Positions 27,731 through 37,149 of a stretch of 42,914 bases of DNA are shown here, one piece after another (position 1 is the stretch's first letter; every line of letters starts with the position of its first letter). The DNA lies in NCBI GenBank assembly GCA_041691695.1, contig JBEPUG010000005.1:1-42914 (forward strand). Direction: 5' to 3'. Position numbers and translations under genes: made by a program. The stretch comes from Flavobacteriales bacterium (lineage in GTDB: Bacteria; Bacteroidota; Bacteroidia; Flavobacteriales_F; PHOS-HE28). Below the pieces are notes generated by a model. The model saw only the letters and a program-made list of their open reading frames with translations. It was not told the origin of the DNA and made no database searches.

Positions 27731-29926
27731 ATGCACAGGACCTTGATCATGCGGCCCCATCACTTCCTCATCGCTCTGATGCTGCTGCTTTTCGCGGTGC
27801 CAGCGGCGCAGGGCCAGACCTTAAAGCGGCGCATGGCCGAGCACGATGCCGCCGTATTCGATTACCCGCATATGGCGAAGATCTATGAGAATATCATCGC
27901 CAAGGGGAAGGCCGTGCCGGATGATTACCGGCAGTTGGCATTCGCATATGGCCGCATGGAACAATACGGAAAGGCCGCCGACACGTACAAGAAACTCATT
28001 GACCTGGGGAGCGCAACACCGGACGACATCCATTCCTATGCGAACCTGCTGCGTTCGAAAGGGGATTACAACGGCGCACTCACTTGGTACGCCACCTATG
28101 CCTTGCAGGCACCGGACGACCAATGGGCAAAAGCGTATACGGAGAATGGCGACTTCTTCAAGAAACTGATGGTCGACAGCACACGCAACGCCGTGCGAAC
28201 CTTGACCATCAACTCCGCAGAAGCGGATCTGGCACCGGCGCTGATGCCGGGACTTCTCATTTTCAGCAGCGCACGCGGCGAAGGCGTCGGTGGGCGCACC
28301 CGCTACAAATGGGACCAAGAACCCTTCCTCAATCTGTTCTCGGCACTGCTGGACAGCGGTGGTATCGCTACCGATCCTGTGGTGTTGCGGCGCGGCCTCA
28401 ACAGCCGCTTCCATGATGGCACCGCAACATTCGATCCTACCCGCCAGCGGCTCTATTTCACCCGTGACAACTTCGTGAACGGAAAGATCAAAAAGGCCAA
28501 GAACGGCGAATTGAAGTTGGGCATCTACTTCGCCGACATCCACAAAGGTGAATTCGGCCAGCCGGAATGGGGCGATGTGCAGCCATTCGCTTTCAATGAC
28601 CCCGAGTACAACTTCGGCCAGCCCAGCATATCACCCGATGGCAAGCGCCTCTATTTCGTGAGCGACATGACGGGCGGCTCCGGTGGCACGGACATTTGGT
28701 ACTGCAACGATCAAGGCGGTCTTTGGAGCACGCCCAAGAATATCGGTCCGGAGGTGAACACGCCGGGTGATGAGATGTATCCCTTCATCACGGCTGACAG
28801 CACCTTGTACTTCAGCAGTAACGGTCAAGCCGGACTGGGTGGGTACGACATCTTTACGGTGCAGCTGAAACCGACGGGCACAGGTCATGTCTTCAACATG
28901 GGTTATCCCATCAATACCTCCAGCAACGACCGCGGAATGATCCTTCTGGCTGACGATAGCACGGGCTTCTTCTTCAGCGACCGACCGGGCGGCATGGGCA
29001 GCGACGACATATACGGATGCACCGTGCATCCGCCCGTCACCCGGATCGCCGGCGTAGTGCTCGACAAGCTGGCACAAACGCCGCTCAGCGGCTACAAATT
29101 GGAAGTGAAGGATGCCAAAGGGAGCGTGATCGAGGGCGCGAAGGTCACCTACTTGGAGGATGGCGAGTTCAGCATCGCCGTTCCATATAGTCCCAGCTAT
29201 TCGGTTGTCGCCACCAAGGCCGGTTACCGACAGGCCTTGGCCACCTTGGATCCGACCAAGGACGACCTCAGTAACGTGGCACTCCAGCTGGAGCGTTACG
29301 ATTACGGGGCGGAAGGGGTGGTCCAACAAGGAGATACCAAAGCTCCGCTGGACAGTGCAGTGGTCCAACTCTGCAATGCGAATGATTCGGTCGTCGAGCA
29401 GCTGGCCACGGGTCCTGATGGGAAATACCAATTCGCTCTGCAGCCCGAGGCCGGCTACCGCATCAAGGTCTCCAAGGACGGATTCTTCAAGCAGAGCGCA
29501 CGCATCACCACCAAGGGCAAGTCGAACACGGTGATCCACACGGACTTCAACCTCTTCCCGCTGAAAGTGGACCAAGTGGTGCGCTTGGACAACATCTACT
29601 ACGACGTTGCCAAGTGGAACATACGTCCGGACGCTGGCGTGGAGTTGGACAAGCTCGTGCAAACCCTGATCGACAACCCGACCGTGAAGATCGAACTGAG
29701 CTCACACACCGATTGCCGCGGCAAGGACGCCTACAACATGACGCTTTCCGAGAAGCGGGCTCAGAGCGCTGTGGATTATGTGGTGAAGCAAGGCATCGAC
29801 AAGGATAGGTTGGTGGCGAAGGGCTACGGCGAAACACGCCCCGTGGAGCCTTGCGAATGCGGCAAATGCACCGATCAGGAAAATCAAGCAAACCGCCGGA
29901 CCGAATTCAAGGTGCTCTCCAAGTAG
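27731..29926 (+). CDS. PorE-like OmpA-family protein (TPR, PD40 propeller, two carboxypeptidase-regulatory-like domains, OmpA_C)
   Basis: PD40 motifs (PSISPDGKRLYFVSD.GG.GGTDIW; LYFSSNG..GLGGYDIF); OmpA_C NIYYD..K..IR, SHTDCRG, N..LS..RA, GYGE, NRRTEF. Confidence 0.92.
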   Translation: MHRTLIMRPHHFLIALMLLLFAVPAAQGQTLKRRMAEHDAAVFDYPHMAKIYENIIAKGKAVPDDYRQLAFAYGRMEQYGKAADTYKKLIDLGSATPDDIHSYANLLRSKGDYNGALTWYATYALQAPDDQWAKAYTENGDFFKKLMVDSTRNAVRTLTINSAEADLAPALMPGLLIFSSARGEGVGGRTRYKWDQEPFLNLFSALLDSGGIATDPVVLRRGLNSRFHDGTATFDPTRQRLYFTRDNFVNGKIKKAKNGELKLGIYFADIHKGEFGQPEWGDVQPFAFNDPEYNFGQPSISPDGKRLYFVSDMTGGSGGTDIWYCNDQGGLWSTPKNIGPEVNTPGDEMYPFITADSTLYFSSNGQAGLGGYDIFTVQLKPTGTGHVFNMGYPINTSSNDRGMILLADDSTGFFFSDRPGGMGSDDIYGCTVHPPVTRIAGVVLDKLAQTPLSGYKLEVKDAKGSVIEGAKVTYLEDGEFSIAVPYSPSYSVVATKAGYRQALATLDPTKDDLSNVALQLERYDYGAEGVVQQGDTKAPLDSAVVQLCNANDSVVEQLATGPDGKYQFALQPEAGYRIKVSKDGFFKQSARITTKGKSNTVIHTDFNLFPLKVDQVVRLDNIYYDVAKWNIRPDAGVELDKLVQTLIDNPTVKIELSSHTDCRGKDAYNMTLSEKRAQSAVDYVVKQGIDKDRLVAKGYGETRPVEPCECGKCTDQENQANRRTEFKVLSK

Positions 29927-29944
29927 GCCTAGAATACGAAGCAT

Positions 29945-29981
29945 GGAACGCCCCTGGAATTCCAGGGGCGTTTCCCATTTT
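29945..29981 (+). terminator. Intrinsic terminator of the T9SS cargo operon
   Basis: 26-bp perfect palindrome AACGCCCCTGGAATTCCAGGGGCGTT (29947-29972) followed by TCCCATTTT. Confidence 0.75.
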
Positions 29982-30030
29982 CTACAAAGACTGACATTCC
30001 TCAATATGGTCTCCTGATGATCGCGGTACC

Positions 30031-30055
30031 CTTGTTTGGAATTATTCCAAATAAG
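30031..30055. promoter_or_regulatory. 12-1-12 AT-rich palindromic operator (candidate iron/metal repressor box)
   Basis: CTTGTTTGGAAT-T-ATTCCAAATAAG, arms match at 11/12; 6 nt upstream of ATG 30062. Confidence 0.65.
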
Positions 30056-30061
30056 AAGGAC

Positions 30062-30910
30062 ATGCTCGAACAGGAAGTGATGGAAGCCCCCAAGTTGGAG
30101 GGGGAAGGAGTCGTAGATCCGGCCCACCGGTCAACAGCGAACCAGACGTTGAACGCCGACCAAGGCCATTGGCTGTTGGCCAAGATGGGTAAGAAGGTCC
30201 TGCGGCCCGGAGGCAAGGAACTCACCATGCAATTGATGAGCGAGTTGGATGTAAAGCCTACCGACGACCTCGTGGAATTCGCGCCCGGCCTAGGTTTCAC
30301 CGCGCAGATCGCGTTGGCGCGACATCCAAAGAGCTACAAAGGCGTGGAGTTGAATGAGGAGGCGGCGGCTATCCTCCGAAAGAAGTTGACGGGCCCCGAT
30401 CGGGAGATCGTCATCGGCAACGCCTGCTGCAGCCCATTGAAGGATGAATCCGCCGACAAGGTCTACGGAGAGGCCATGCTCACCATGCAGGCGGACCACC
30501 GGAAGGCTGAGATCATTCGCGAAGCGCATCGACTACTGCGGCCCGGTGGACTTTATGGGATCCACGAGATCGCGCTTACCCCGGATGCGATCCCTGCAGC
30601 GGATAAGAAGCAGATCCAGCGCGACCTGGCCGAAACGCTCAAGGTGAATGCCCGTCCGCTGACACAAGCGGAATGGACCGCGATGTTGGAGGCGGAAGGT
30701 TTTACCGTTACCCGCGTAATGACCAATCCGATGCACCTGCTGGAACCGTCGCGGATCATCGATGACGAAGGCGTCTTCCGCACGTTGCGCATCATCTTCA
30801 ACATCCTCACGCAGCCCAAGGCCCGCACCCGCATCCTCGCGATGCGCAGGGTTTTTCGGAAGTATGAGCAACACATGAGTGCCATCGCGATAGTGGCCCG
30901 GAAGCGTTGA
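30062..30910 (+). CDS. Class I SAM-dependent methyltransferase
   Basis: VEFAPGLG motif I, GVEL, GNA...PL.DES.D.V.GEAML, RLLRPGG; N-terminal GHWLLAKMGKKVLRPGG. Confidence 0.88.
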   Translation: MLEQEVMEAPKLEGEGVVDPAHRSTANQTLNADQGHWLLAKMGKKVLRPGGKELTMQLMSELDVKPTDDLVEFAPGLGFTAQIALARHPKSYKGVELNEEAAAILRKKLTGPDREIVIGNACCSPLKDESADKVYGEAMLTMQADHRKAEIIREAHRLLRPGGLYGIHEIALTPDAIPAADKKQIQRDLAETLKVNARPLTQAEWTAMLEAEGFTVTRVMTNPMHLLEPSRIIDDEGVFRTLRIIFNILTQPKARTRILAMRRVFRKYEQHMSAIAIVARKR

Positions 30911-30998
30911 TCGCGCTGGCTTGGAGGCAGTGATCCCAACGCTTCATTGGCCTTGTCTGCTTCGCCGAGCCCTTAACAACCGGGGAACGCCACTGCGG

Positions 30999-31826
30999 TC
31001 AATGATCCACTGACCTTTGACCGGTGTGCACCTGCATCTGCGGGAAGGGAATGCTGATGTTCTTGGCGTCGAAGCTCTTCTTCACCTGCTCCTGCATGTC
31101 GAAGAACACCTCCCAATAGTCGGCGGCCATTACCCAGACCCGCACCTTGAAGTTGACTGAGTTGTCTGCCAGCTCAGCCACTACGATCTGCGGCGCGGGT
31201 TCCCTCAACATACGGGTGTCCCTTCGGATGAGTTCCTCCAGCGCGGACCTCGCTGTATCGATATCATCCGCGTAGCCGATACCGAATACCATGTCCACGC
31301 GGCGTTGTGCCTCTGTGCTGTAATTCACAACGGCGCCCGTGCTGATCGGTGAATTCGGCAAGATCACGGTCTTATTGTCGGGCGTTTTCAATACGGTGTT
31401 GAATATCTGGATGCTGTGCACTGTTCCGCTCTGTCCTTGTGCCTCTATGAAGTCGCCCACCTTGAATGGTTTGAAGAGCAGGATGATCACACCGCCTGCG
31501 AAGTTTTGAAGCGTTCCACTCAGCGCCAAGCCGATCGCCAATCCTGCAGCGCCCAGCACGGCGACGAAGCTCGTGGTCTCGATGCCGATCATCTGGATCA
31601 CGCTGATGATCAATCCTACACGTAGCACTGCGCCTACTACCCCGCTCAGAAAGGGGATCAAGCCGGGGTCCACATCGCGTTTCTCCAGCACCCGTTTCAT
31701 CATGTTCACCAGCACACGCACCACCCACAGCCCCACGATGAGAACTACGATGGCACCGATCACCTTCGGGCCATAGGTAAGAGCGAGGTCCTTGGCACGG
31801 TGGATCACCATTTCAGTATTGCTCAT
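30999..31826 (-). CDS. mscS: Small-conductance mechanosensitive channel
   Basis: LGAAGLAIGLAL.G.L.NFAGG, PFKVGDFIE, T.DNK.V..PN, GIGY..DI, IPFPQ. Confidence 0.93.
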   Translation of the reverse strand: MSNTEMVIHRAKDLALTYGPKVIGAIVVLIVGLWVVRVLVNMMKRVLEKRDVDPGLIPFLSGVVGAVLRVGLIISVIQMIGIETTSFVAVLGAAGLAIGLALSGTLQNFAGGVIILLFKPFKVGDFIEAQGQSGTVHSIQIFNTVLKTPDNKTVILPNSPISTGAVVNYSTEAQRRVDMVFGIGYADDIDTARSALEELIRRDTRMLREPAPQIVVAELADNSVNFKVRVWVMAADYWEVFFDMQEQVKKSFDAKNISIPFPQMQVHTGQRSVDH

Positions 31827-32093
31827 GCTGGTTCTGATATTGACAGGCATAGTAAAGAAGATCGTCTTATTCAATGGGCCAACGATCTCAGCTGGTCATT
31901 GTTCGGCAGTAGTGGTCCTCCCGCATGGGAAGGGCGTAGATCCCAGGGCAAATATGTTCGCTAAGAGAAGGGCCGCCACATTGAGGCGGCTCTCAGGCAC
32001 AGTGGTGCGACCGATCGCGATATGGAATCTTTTATCTGCTGGCTACTGTGCGCTTTCTCCTTTTCTTTTTCCCGCACCTTTGCGGCCCCAAGC

Positions 32094-32828
32094 ATGCCGG
32101 ACCGCCTCGTCATCATTCCCACTTACAACGAGAAGGAGAACATCCGCGACATTCTCGCACATGTGCTTCGTTTGGAGCCGCCCTTTCATGTGCTTGTGGT
32201 GGATGATGGATCCCCCGACGGTACCGCTGACATCGTCCGGGAACTGCAGCAGAGTGAGCCCGAGCGCGTGCATCTGCTGGAACGGAAAGGGAAGCTGGGC
32301 CTAGGGACCGCCTACATCGCAGGATTCAGGTGGGCCTTGGAACGGGACTACCAGTTCATCTTCGAGATGGACGCCGACTTCAGCCATGCACCCGACGACC
32401 TGCTTCGGCTTTACGATGCGTGCGACTCTGGTGGAGCGGATATGAGCGTGGGCTCGCGATACGTAACGGGAGGTCGTGTGAGCGATTGGGCCTGGAACCG
32501 CATCCTGCTGAGCTGGTGCGCCTCACTCTATGTGCGCTTGATCCTCTGGCTCAATGTGCGCGACACCACGGCGGGCTTCGTCTGCTACCGCGCCAGCACC
32601 TTGCGTGCATTGCCCTTGGACGAGATCCATTTCGTCGGCTACGCCTTCCAGATCGAGATGAAGTACCGTGTGAAACTCGCAGGCCTGCGCATCCAGGAAG
32701 TGCCCATCACCTTCATCGACCGTGTGAAGGGCAAGAGCAAGATGAGTGCGAACATTTTCCACGAGGCTTTTCTTGGCGTGTTGAAGATGCGATACATGAT
32801 CCGCCAAAGTGAGGCGGCCAAGACATGA
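32094..32828 (+). CDS. Polyprenol monophosphomannose synthase (GT2, DPM1-like)
   Basis: IIPTYNEKENI, VVDDGSPDGT, GKLGLGTAY, EMDADFSH, D.TAGF, GYAFQIE; CACCTTTG box at 32075-32082. Confidence 0.92.
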   Translation: MPDRLVIIPTYNEKENIRDILAHVLRLEPPFHVLVVDDGSPDGTADIVRELQQSEPERVHLLERKGKLGLGTAYIAGFRWALERDYQFIFEMDADFSHAPDDLLRLYDACDSGGADMSVGSRYVTGGRVSDWAWNRILLSWCASLYVRLILWLNVRDTTAGFVCYRASTLRALPLDEIHFVGYAFQIEMKYRVKLAGLRIQEVPITFIDRVKGKSKMSANIFHEAFLGVLKMRYMIRQSEAAKT

Positions 32829-34162
32829 ATAGCTGGTTGCTCCGTGACGTCCGCGTGGTGAACGAGGGCCTTGTCACGCCCGCGGATGTGCTGGTGCGCG
32901 ATGGTTTCGTCGAGCACGTCGCAACGGAGGGCATTGGCAACGCGAAGAGTGTGAAGGAACACGACGCGAAAGGCAAGCATCTGCTGCCGGGCGCCATCGA
33001 TGATCAGGTGCATTTCCGTGAGCCGGGCCTCACGTACAAGGAGGACATCGCGCATGGTTCCGCAGCAGCTGTGGCGGGCGGTATCACCACCTTCATGGAG
33101 ATGCCCAACACGATCCCACAAACGCTGACACAGGAATTGCTCACGCTGAAATACGCCATGGGCGCGGCCTCCAGCGTGGCGAACTATTCCTTCTACATGG
33201 GGGCCAGCAACACCAACATCGATGAGGTGTTGCGCACCGACCCCACGACCGTTTGCGGATTGAAGGCTTTCCTTGGAAGCAGCACCGGCAACATGCTGGT
33301 GGACAATGAAGAGGCGCTGGACAAGCTCTTCAAAGAAGCGCAAATGCTTCTCGCGGTGCATGCGGAGGATGAGCCGACCATACGCAAGAACATGGCCGAG
33401 GCCCAGGCGCGCTTTGGCGACGACATCCCCATCGAGCAGCATCCGTTGATCCGCAGTGCGGAGGCGTGCTGGCTATCCTCTAGCAATGCCGTGGCCTCGG
33501 CGAAGAGGCATGGTACCCGGCTACACGTACTGCATATCAGTACCGCCCGCGAGTTGGAGCTGTTCGTGCCGGGGCCGCTGGAAGGCAAGCGGATCACCGC
33601 GGAAGCTTGTGTGCATCACCTCTGGTTCACGGATGCCGACTATGCGTCCAAGGGTTCGTTCATCAAATGGAATCCTGCGGTAAAGACCGCTGAAGACCGC
33701 GAGGCGATCCGCAATGCAGTGAAGGATGGGCGGATCGATGTGGTCGCCACCGACCATTCTCCGCACACGCTGGAAGAGAAGGAGCAGCCTTACACGCATT
33801 GTCCAAGCGGTGGGCCTTTGGTGCAGCACGCCCTTCCGGCAATGCTCGAATTGATGCATCAAGGTGTGTTCACGTTGGAAGAGGTGGTGGAGAAGATGTG
33901 CCACGCACCGGCGCGGATGTTCCAAGTAAAGGATCGCGGCTTTATTCGCGAAGGCCAGCAGGCGGACCTCGTCCTTGTGGACCTCGACGCGCCGTGGACT
34001 GTCACAAAAGCGAACCTGCTCTACAAATGTGGCTGGTCACCTTTCGAAGGGCAACGCTTTCGCTCCCGTGTTTTGCGCACTTGGGTGAATGGACAACTGG
34101 CATACGCGGACGGCGAAGTGGACCGATCCGTCCGTGGCATGCGTGCACTGTTCGACAGATGA
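32825..34162 (+). CDS. pyrC: Dihydroorotase
   Basis: PG.IDDQVHFREPG, AGG.T...EMPNT, GSSTG, HAEDE, KWNP, ATDHSPH; ATGA overlap. Confidence 0.9.
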   Translation: MNSWLLRDVRVVNEGLVTPADVLVRDGFVEHVATEGIGNAKSVKEHDAKGKHLLPGAIDDQVHFREPGLTYKEDIAHGSAAAVAGGITTFMEMPNTIPQTLTQELLTLKYAMGAASSVANYSFYMGASNTNIDEVLRTDPTTVCGLKAFLGSSTGNMLVDNEEALDKLFKEAQMLLAVHAEDEPTIRKNMAEAQARFGDDIPIEQHPLIRSAEACWLSSSNAVASAKRHGTRLHVLHISTARELELFVPGPLEGKRITAEACVHHLWFTDADYASKGSFIKWNPAVKTAEDREAIRNAVKDGRIDVVATDHSPHTLEEKEQPYTHCPSGGPLVQHALPAMLELMHQGVFTLEEVVEKMCHAPARMFQVKDRGFIREGQQADLVLVDLDAPWTVTKANLLYKCGWSPFEGQRFRSRVLRTWVNGQLAYADGEVDRSVRGMRALFDR

Positions 34163-34494
34163 GGATCGTCATCGTCCTGCTGTTGGTGTTCCTCGTTGCC
34201 TGCGGAGGTTCCCAGAAGCCGCCGCAAGGGCCATTGGACCGCAAGAAGTTCGAGCAGGTTCTGATGGGCTCGCTACTGATAGAAGCCCGGGTGGATCAGG
34301 AGATGACGCTGGATAAACGTGATGACAGCCCTGCAGCGCACTACTACGAGGAGTTGTTCAAGAAGGAAGGAGTCACCAAAGCGGATTTCAAGGCGACCTA
34401 TGATGCGTACGTGAAGCAGCCGGACCAACTGAAGTCAGTGTATCAGGATGTCCTGAACGACCTGCAGCAGCGAGCGGACAGCACGAGCCATTGA
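34159..34494 (+). CDS. DUF4296-like lipoprotein (111 aa)
   Basis: ATGA overlap with pyrC; lipobox LVAC; Y..LF.K.GV...F...Y..Y...P......Y..V pattern. Confidence 0.8.
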   Translation: MRIVIVLLLVFLVACGGSQKPPQGPLDRKKFEQVLMGSLLIEARVDQEMTLDKRDDSPAAHYYEELFKKEGVTKADFKATYDAYVKQPDQLKSVYQDVLNDLQQRADSTSH

Positions 34495-34555
34495 GCTTCT
34501 GCCTGCCGAAGCTTACCTGCTTTCATATGCGAGAATTGCGGAAATGGACCGCGGA

Positions 34556-35557
34556 TCATCCCCGATCCAGGAACGCTGCCACATTCGCGATCGCTTCCTT
34601 CGCGGAACGGAAGCGGATCCCCAAAAGCCGCTCGACCTTGGAACCATCGTAGTGCCTCGTGCGTGATGCCGTTTGCGCCGTGTTCCGTGTGACCAGCGGG
34701 CGCCCGCCGAAGAGAGTGCGCAGGGATTCCGCGCGCCAAGCCCATCCCAACGCCCACGAAGGCAGCAGGAGCGAAGGCGCAGGTCTTCCGGAACTTGCAG
34801 CGATCAGCGTGAACAGCTTCTTGTAGGAAAGTCCTTCACCGATCAGGAGGTATCGTTCTCCGATCTTGCCCTCTGTGATCAAACGCGTCATGGCGGTCGC
34901 GACATCGCGTGCATCGACGATCGCGTTGCTTCCTCCGGGAAAGAAGCGCGATCCTTTGCGAATACGCTCGATCATCGTCATGCTGCTTCGCGCGGCCATA
35001 CCGGGTCCGATGATCACACAGGGGTTCACCATCACCGCATCCAGGCCTTCCGCGATGCCGCGATGCACCTCCAGCTCCGCATCCGCCTTGCTGATAGAAT
35101 AGGCGGAGGATTGTTTATCCTGTACAAAGGGTTTGGTCTCGTCTCCCGTGCCTCCATCAAGACCGCCGCCGATCGTGGCTGTGGAACTTACGTGGCAGAG
35201 CCGCTTCACGCCGGTATCGAGCGCGGCATTCACCACATTGGCCGTGCCACGCACGTTGGTTCGCTGGAGTTGCTCCATGTCGCGCGGATCGAACGAGACC
35301 AGCGCAGCGCAGTGGTAGACATGTTCCACATCGGTCATAGCCTCGCGCAATGCGCAGACATCGAACAGATCTCCCTCCACCCACTGGATCCGTTGGAAGC
35401 GCTCGGCCCCATCCGCGTGATAGTGCACAAGGATCCGTTGCACGATGGATGGCTCTGAGCCTTTGCGAAGTATTGCACGCACGGCGCGGCCCTCTGTCAG
35501 CAGTGCATCCAGCACATGCGCGCCCACGATACCTGTTCCACCGGTCACCAAGTCCAT
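34556..35557 (-). CDS. NAD-dependent epimerase/dehydratase (extended SDR)
   Basis: MDLVTGGTGIVG, YHCAA.VSF, NV.GT.N, HVSS, YSISK, VNP..I.G. Start trimmed to ATG 35557. Confidence 0.9.
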   Translation of the reverse strand: MDLVTGGTGIVGAHVLDALLTEGRAVRAILRKGSEPSIVQRILVHYHADGAERFQRIQWVEGDLFDVCALREAMTDVEHVYHCAALVSFDPRDMEQLQRTNVRGTANVVNAALDTGVKRLCHVSSTATIGGGLDGGTGDETKPFVQDKQSSAYSISKADAELEVHRGIAEGLDAVMVNPCVIIGPGMAARSSMTMIERIRKGSRFFPGGSNAIVDARDVATAMTRLITEGKIGERYLLIGEGLSYKKLFTLIAASSGRPAPSLLLPSWALGWAWRAESLRTLFGGRPLVTRNTAQTASRTRHYDGSKVERLLGIRFRSAKEAIANVAAFLDRG

Positions 35558-35558
35558 C

Positions 35559-35725
35559 CTCGTGTATTGATCGCTACGTTCCTTAACCGCTTCACCCCTC
35601 TTTCTCCTTTCTGCTGCGTTGGAATACTTCGCCGTAGCCCACGCTATGCTGCGCGTGTTCCGCCTTGCATCGAGAAGAAATAGAGGCAAAGCATTGGTCC
35701 ACGAACGTAGCGTGCAACACACGGG
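35559..35725. mobile_element. MITE-like ~165-nt foldback element
   Basis: Terminal inverted repeats CGTGTATTGATCGCTACGTTC (35561-35581) and GAACGTAGCGTGCAACACACG (35703-35723), 18/21; nested inner hairpins; no transposase and no clear target-site duplication. Confidence 0.5.
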
Positions 35726-35862
35726 CGCCCAATGGCGCGGGTGCAAGTTATCTCCACGCCGCTTCGGGATAAGCCTCGATGATGATTGGTCAGAGCAAGG
35801 ATGGGCTCGCCTTTCTTTGCGTCCGGTAAGTATCGGACCTTTGCGCACTTCGCGTTAAAAAA

Positions 35863-37146
35863 ATGGCAGTGATCAATTTTGTAGAGGAGCTCCGCTGGCG
35901 CGGATTGTTGCAGGACAGCACGCCTGGCGCGGAGGAGCATTTGATGAAAGGCCCGGCGAGCGGTTACATCGGCTTCGACCCCACGGCGGATTCGCTCCAT
36001 GTGGGTAATCTGGTGCAGATCATGATCCTCGTGCATTTCCAACGCTGCGGCCACAAGCCGGTGGCGTTGGTAGGCGGGGCCACGGGCATGGTGGGCGATC
36101 CCAGCGGGAAGAAGAGCGAGCGCAACCTGCTCGACGAAGATGCACTTCGCCACAATCAAGCATGCGTGCAGAAGCAACTGGAGCGCTTCCTTGATTTCAA
36201 CAGCGGTAGCAACGCCGCGCGCATGGTGAACAACTACGACTGGTTCAAGGACATGGGCTTCCTGCGCTTCATCCGCGACGTGGGCAAGCACATCACGGTG
36301 AACTACATGATGGCGAAGGACAGCGTGAAGAGCCGCTTGGAGTCCGGGCTCTCGTTCACCGAGTTCAGTTACCAGCTCGTGCAGGGTTATGACTATTGGT
36401 GGCTCAATCAGCACGAGGAATGCACGGTGCAGATGGGTGGCAGCGACCAATGGGGCAACATCACCACCGGCACGGAACTGATCCGGCGCATGGGTGGCAA
36501 CGAGGCTTACGCGATCACAACGCCGCTACTCACCAAGGCGGATGGCAGCAAGTTCGGCAAGAGCGAAAGCGGCAACGTGTGGCTCGACGCCGAGCGCACC
36601 TCACCCTACAAGTTCTATCAATTCTGGTTGAACGCGAGCGATACGGACGCGGCGAAATTCGCGGCCATTTTCACGCCGTGGTCACAGTCGGAGGTGAAGG
36701 CCTTGATTGCGGATCACTCCAAGGCACCGCATGAGCGGAAACTGCAGAAGGTTGTCGCGGGCCACATCACTAGGCTGGTGCATGGCGCGGAGGAATTGGG
36801 GGGCGCGATCCAAGCCTCAGAGGGGCTGTTCTCGGTAAGCACAAAGGAGGAAATGCAGGGTCTCCCAAAGAAAGTCTGGAATCAGATTTTCGATGAAACG
36901 CCGAACACGACGATTACTTTGGAAGACCTTCAGAAAGGTATTCCCGTCGTGCAGTTTCTTTCGGGGTCAATCGGTTTTCTACCATCGGGAAGCGAGGCGA
37001 GGCGAGCAATCAAAGAAGGATCCGTCCATATCAGTGGCTCCTCCGTTTCGGACACGTACGTCGTCAAAGAGGATGCATTGGTGCATGGTCAATACATCCC
37101 TGTCAAACGGGGAAAGAGGAATTACTTCTTGGTGAAGGTGGTGTGA
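35863..37146 (+). CDS. tyrS: Tyrosine--tRNA ligase
   Basis: YIGFDPTADSLHVGN (HIGH), QGYD, QMGGSDQWGNI, KFGKSE (KMSKS), S4-like C-terminus. Confidence 0.97.
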   Translation: MAVINFVEELRWRGLLQDSTPGAEEHLMKGPASGYIGFDPTADSLHVGNLVQIMILVHFQRCGHKPVALVGGATGMVGDPSGKKSERNLLDEDALRHNQACVQKQLERFLDFNSGSNAARMVNNYDWFKDMGFLRFIRDVGKHITVNYMMAKDSVKSRLESGLSFTEFSYQLVQGYDYWWLNQHEECTVQMGGSDQWGNITTGTELIRRMGGNEAYAITTPLLTKADGSKFGKSESGNVWLDAERTSPYKFYQFWLNASDTDAAKFAAIFTPWSQSEVKALIADHSKAPHERKLQKVVAGHITRLVHGAEELGGAIQASEGLFSVSTKEEMQGLPKKVWNQIFDETPNTTITLEDLQKGIPVVQFLSGSIGFLPSGSEARRAIKEGSVHISGSSVSDTYVVKEDALVHGQYIPVKRGKRNYFLVKVV

Positions 37147-37149
37147 GTC

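Noticed and set aside
31827-32093. Hairpins and a T-rich tract between mscS and the GT2 gene as a possible riboswitch
   Set aside because: Short stems only and no recognisable aptamer; the T-tract lies upstream of the GT2 promoter box.
32996-33025. Dihydroorotase metal motif DDQVH in place of DxHxH
   Set aside because: As far as I recall this is a usual Bacteroidota variant; the other catalytic motifs are intact, so it is not evidence of a pseudo-enzyme.
33799-34158. 231-aa version of the DUF4296 ORF overlapping pyrC
   Set aside because: The lipoprotein signal begins at ATG 34159; the upstream part is an alternative frame of pyrC.
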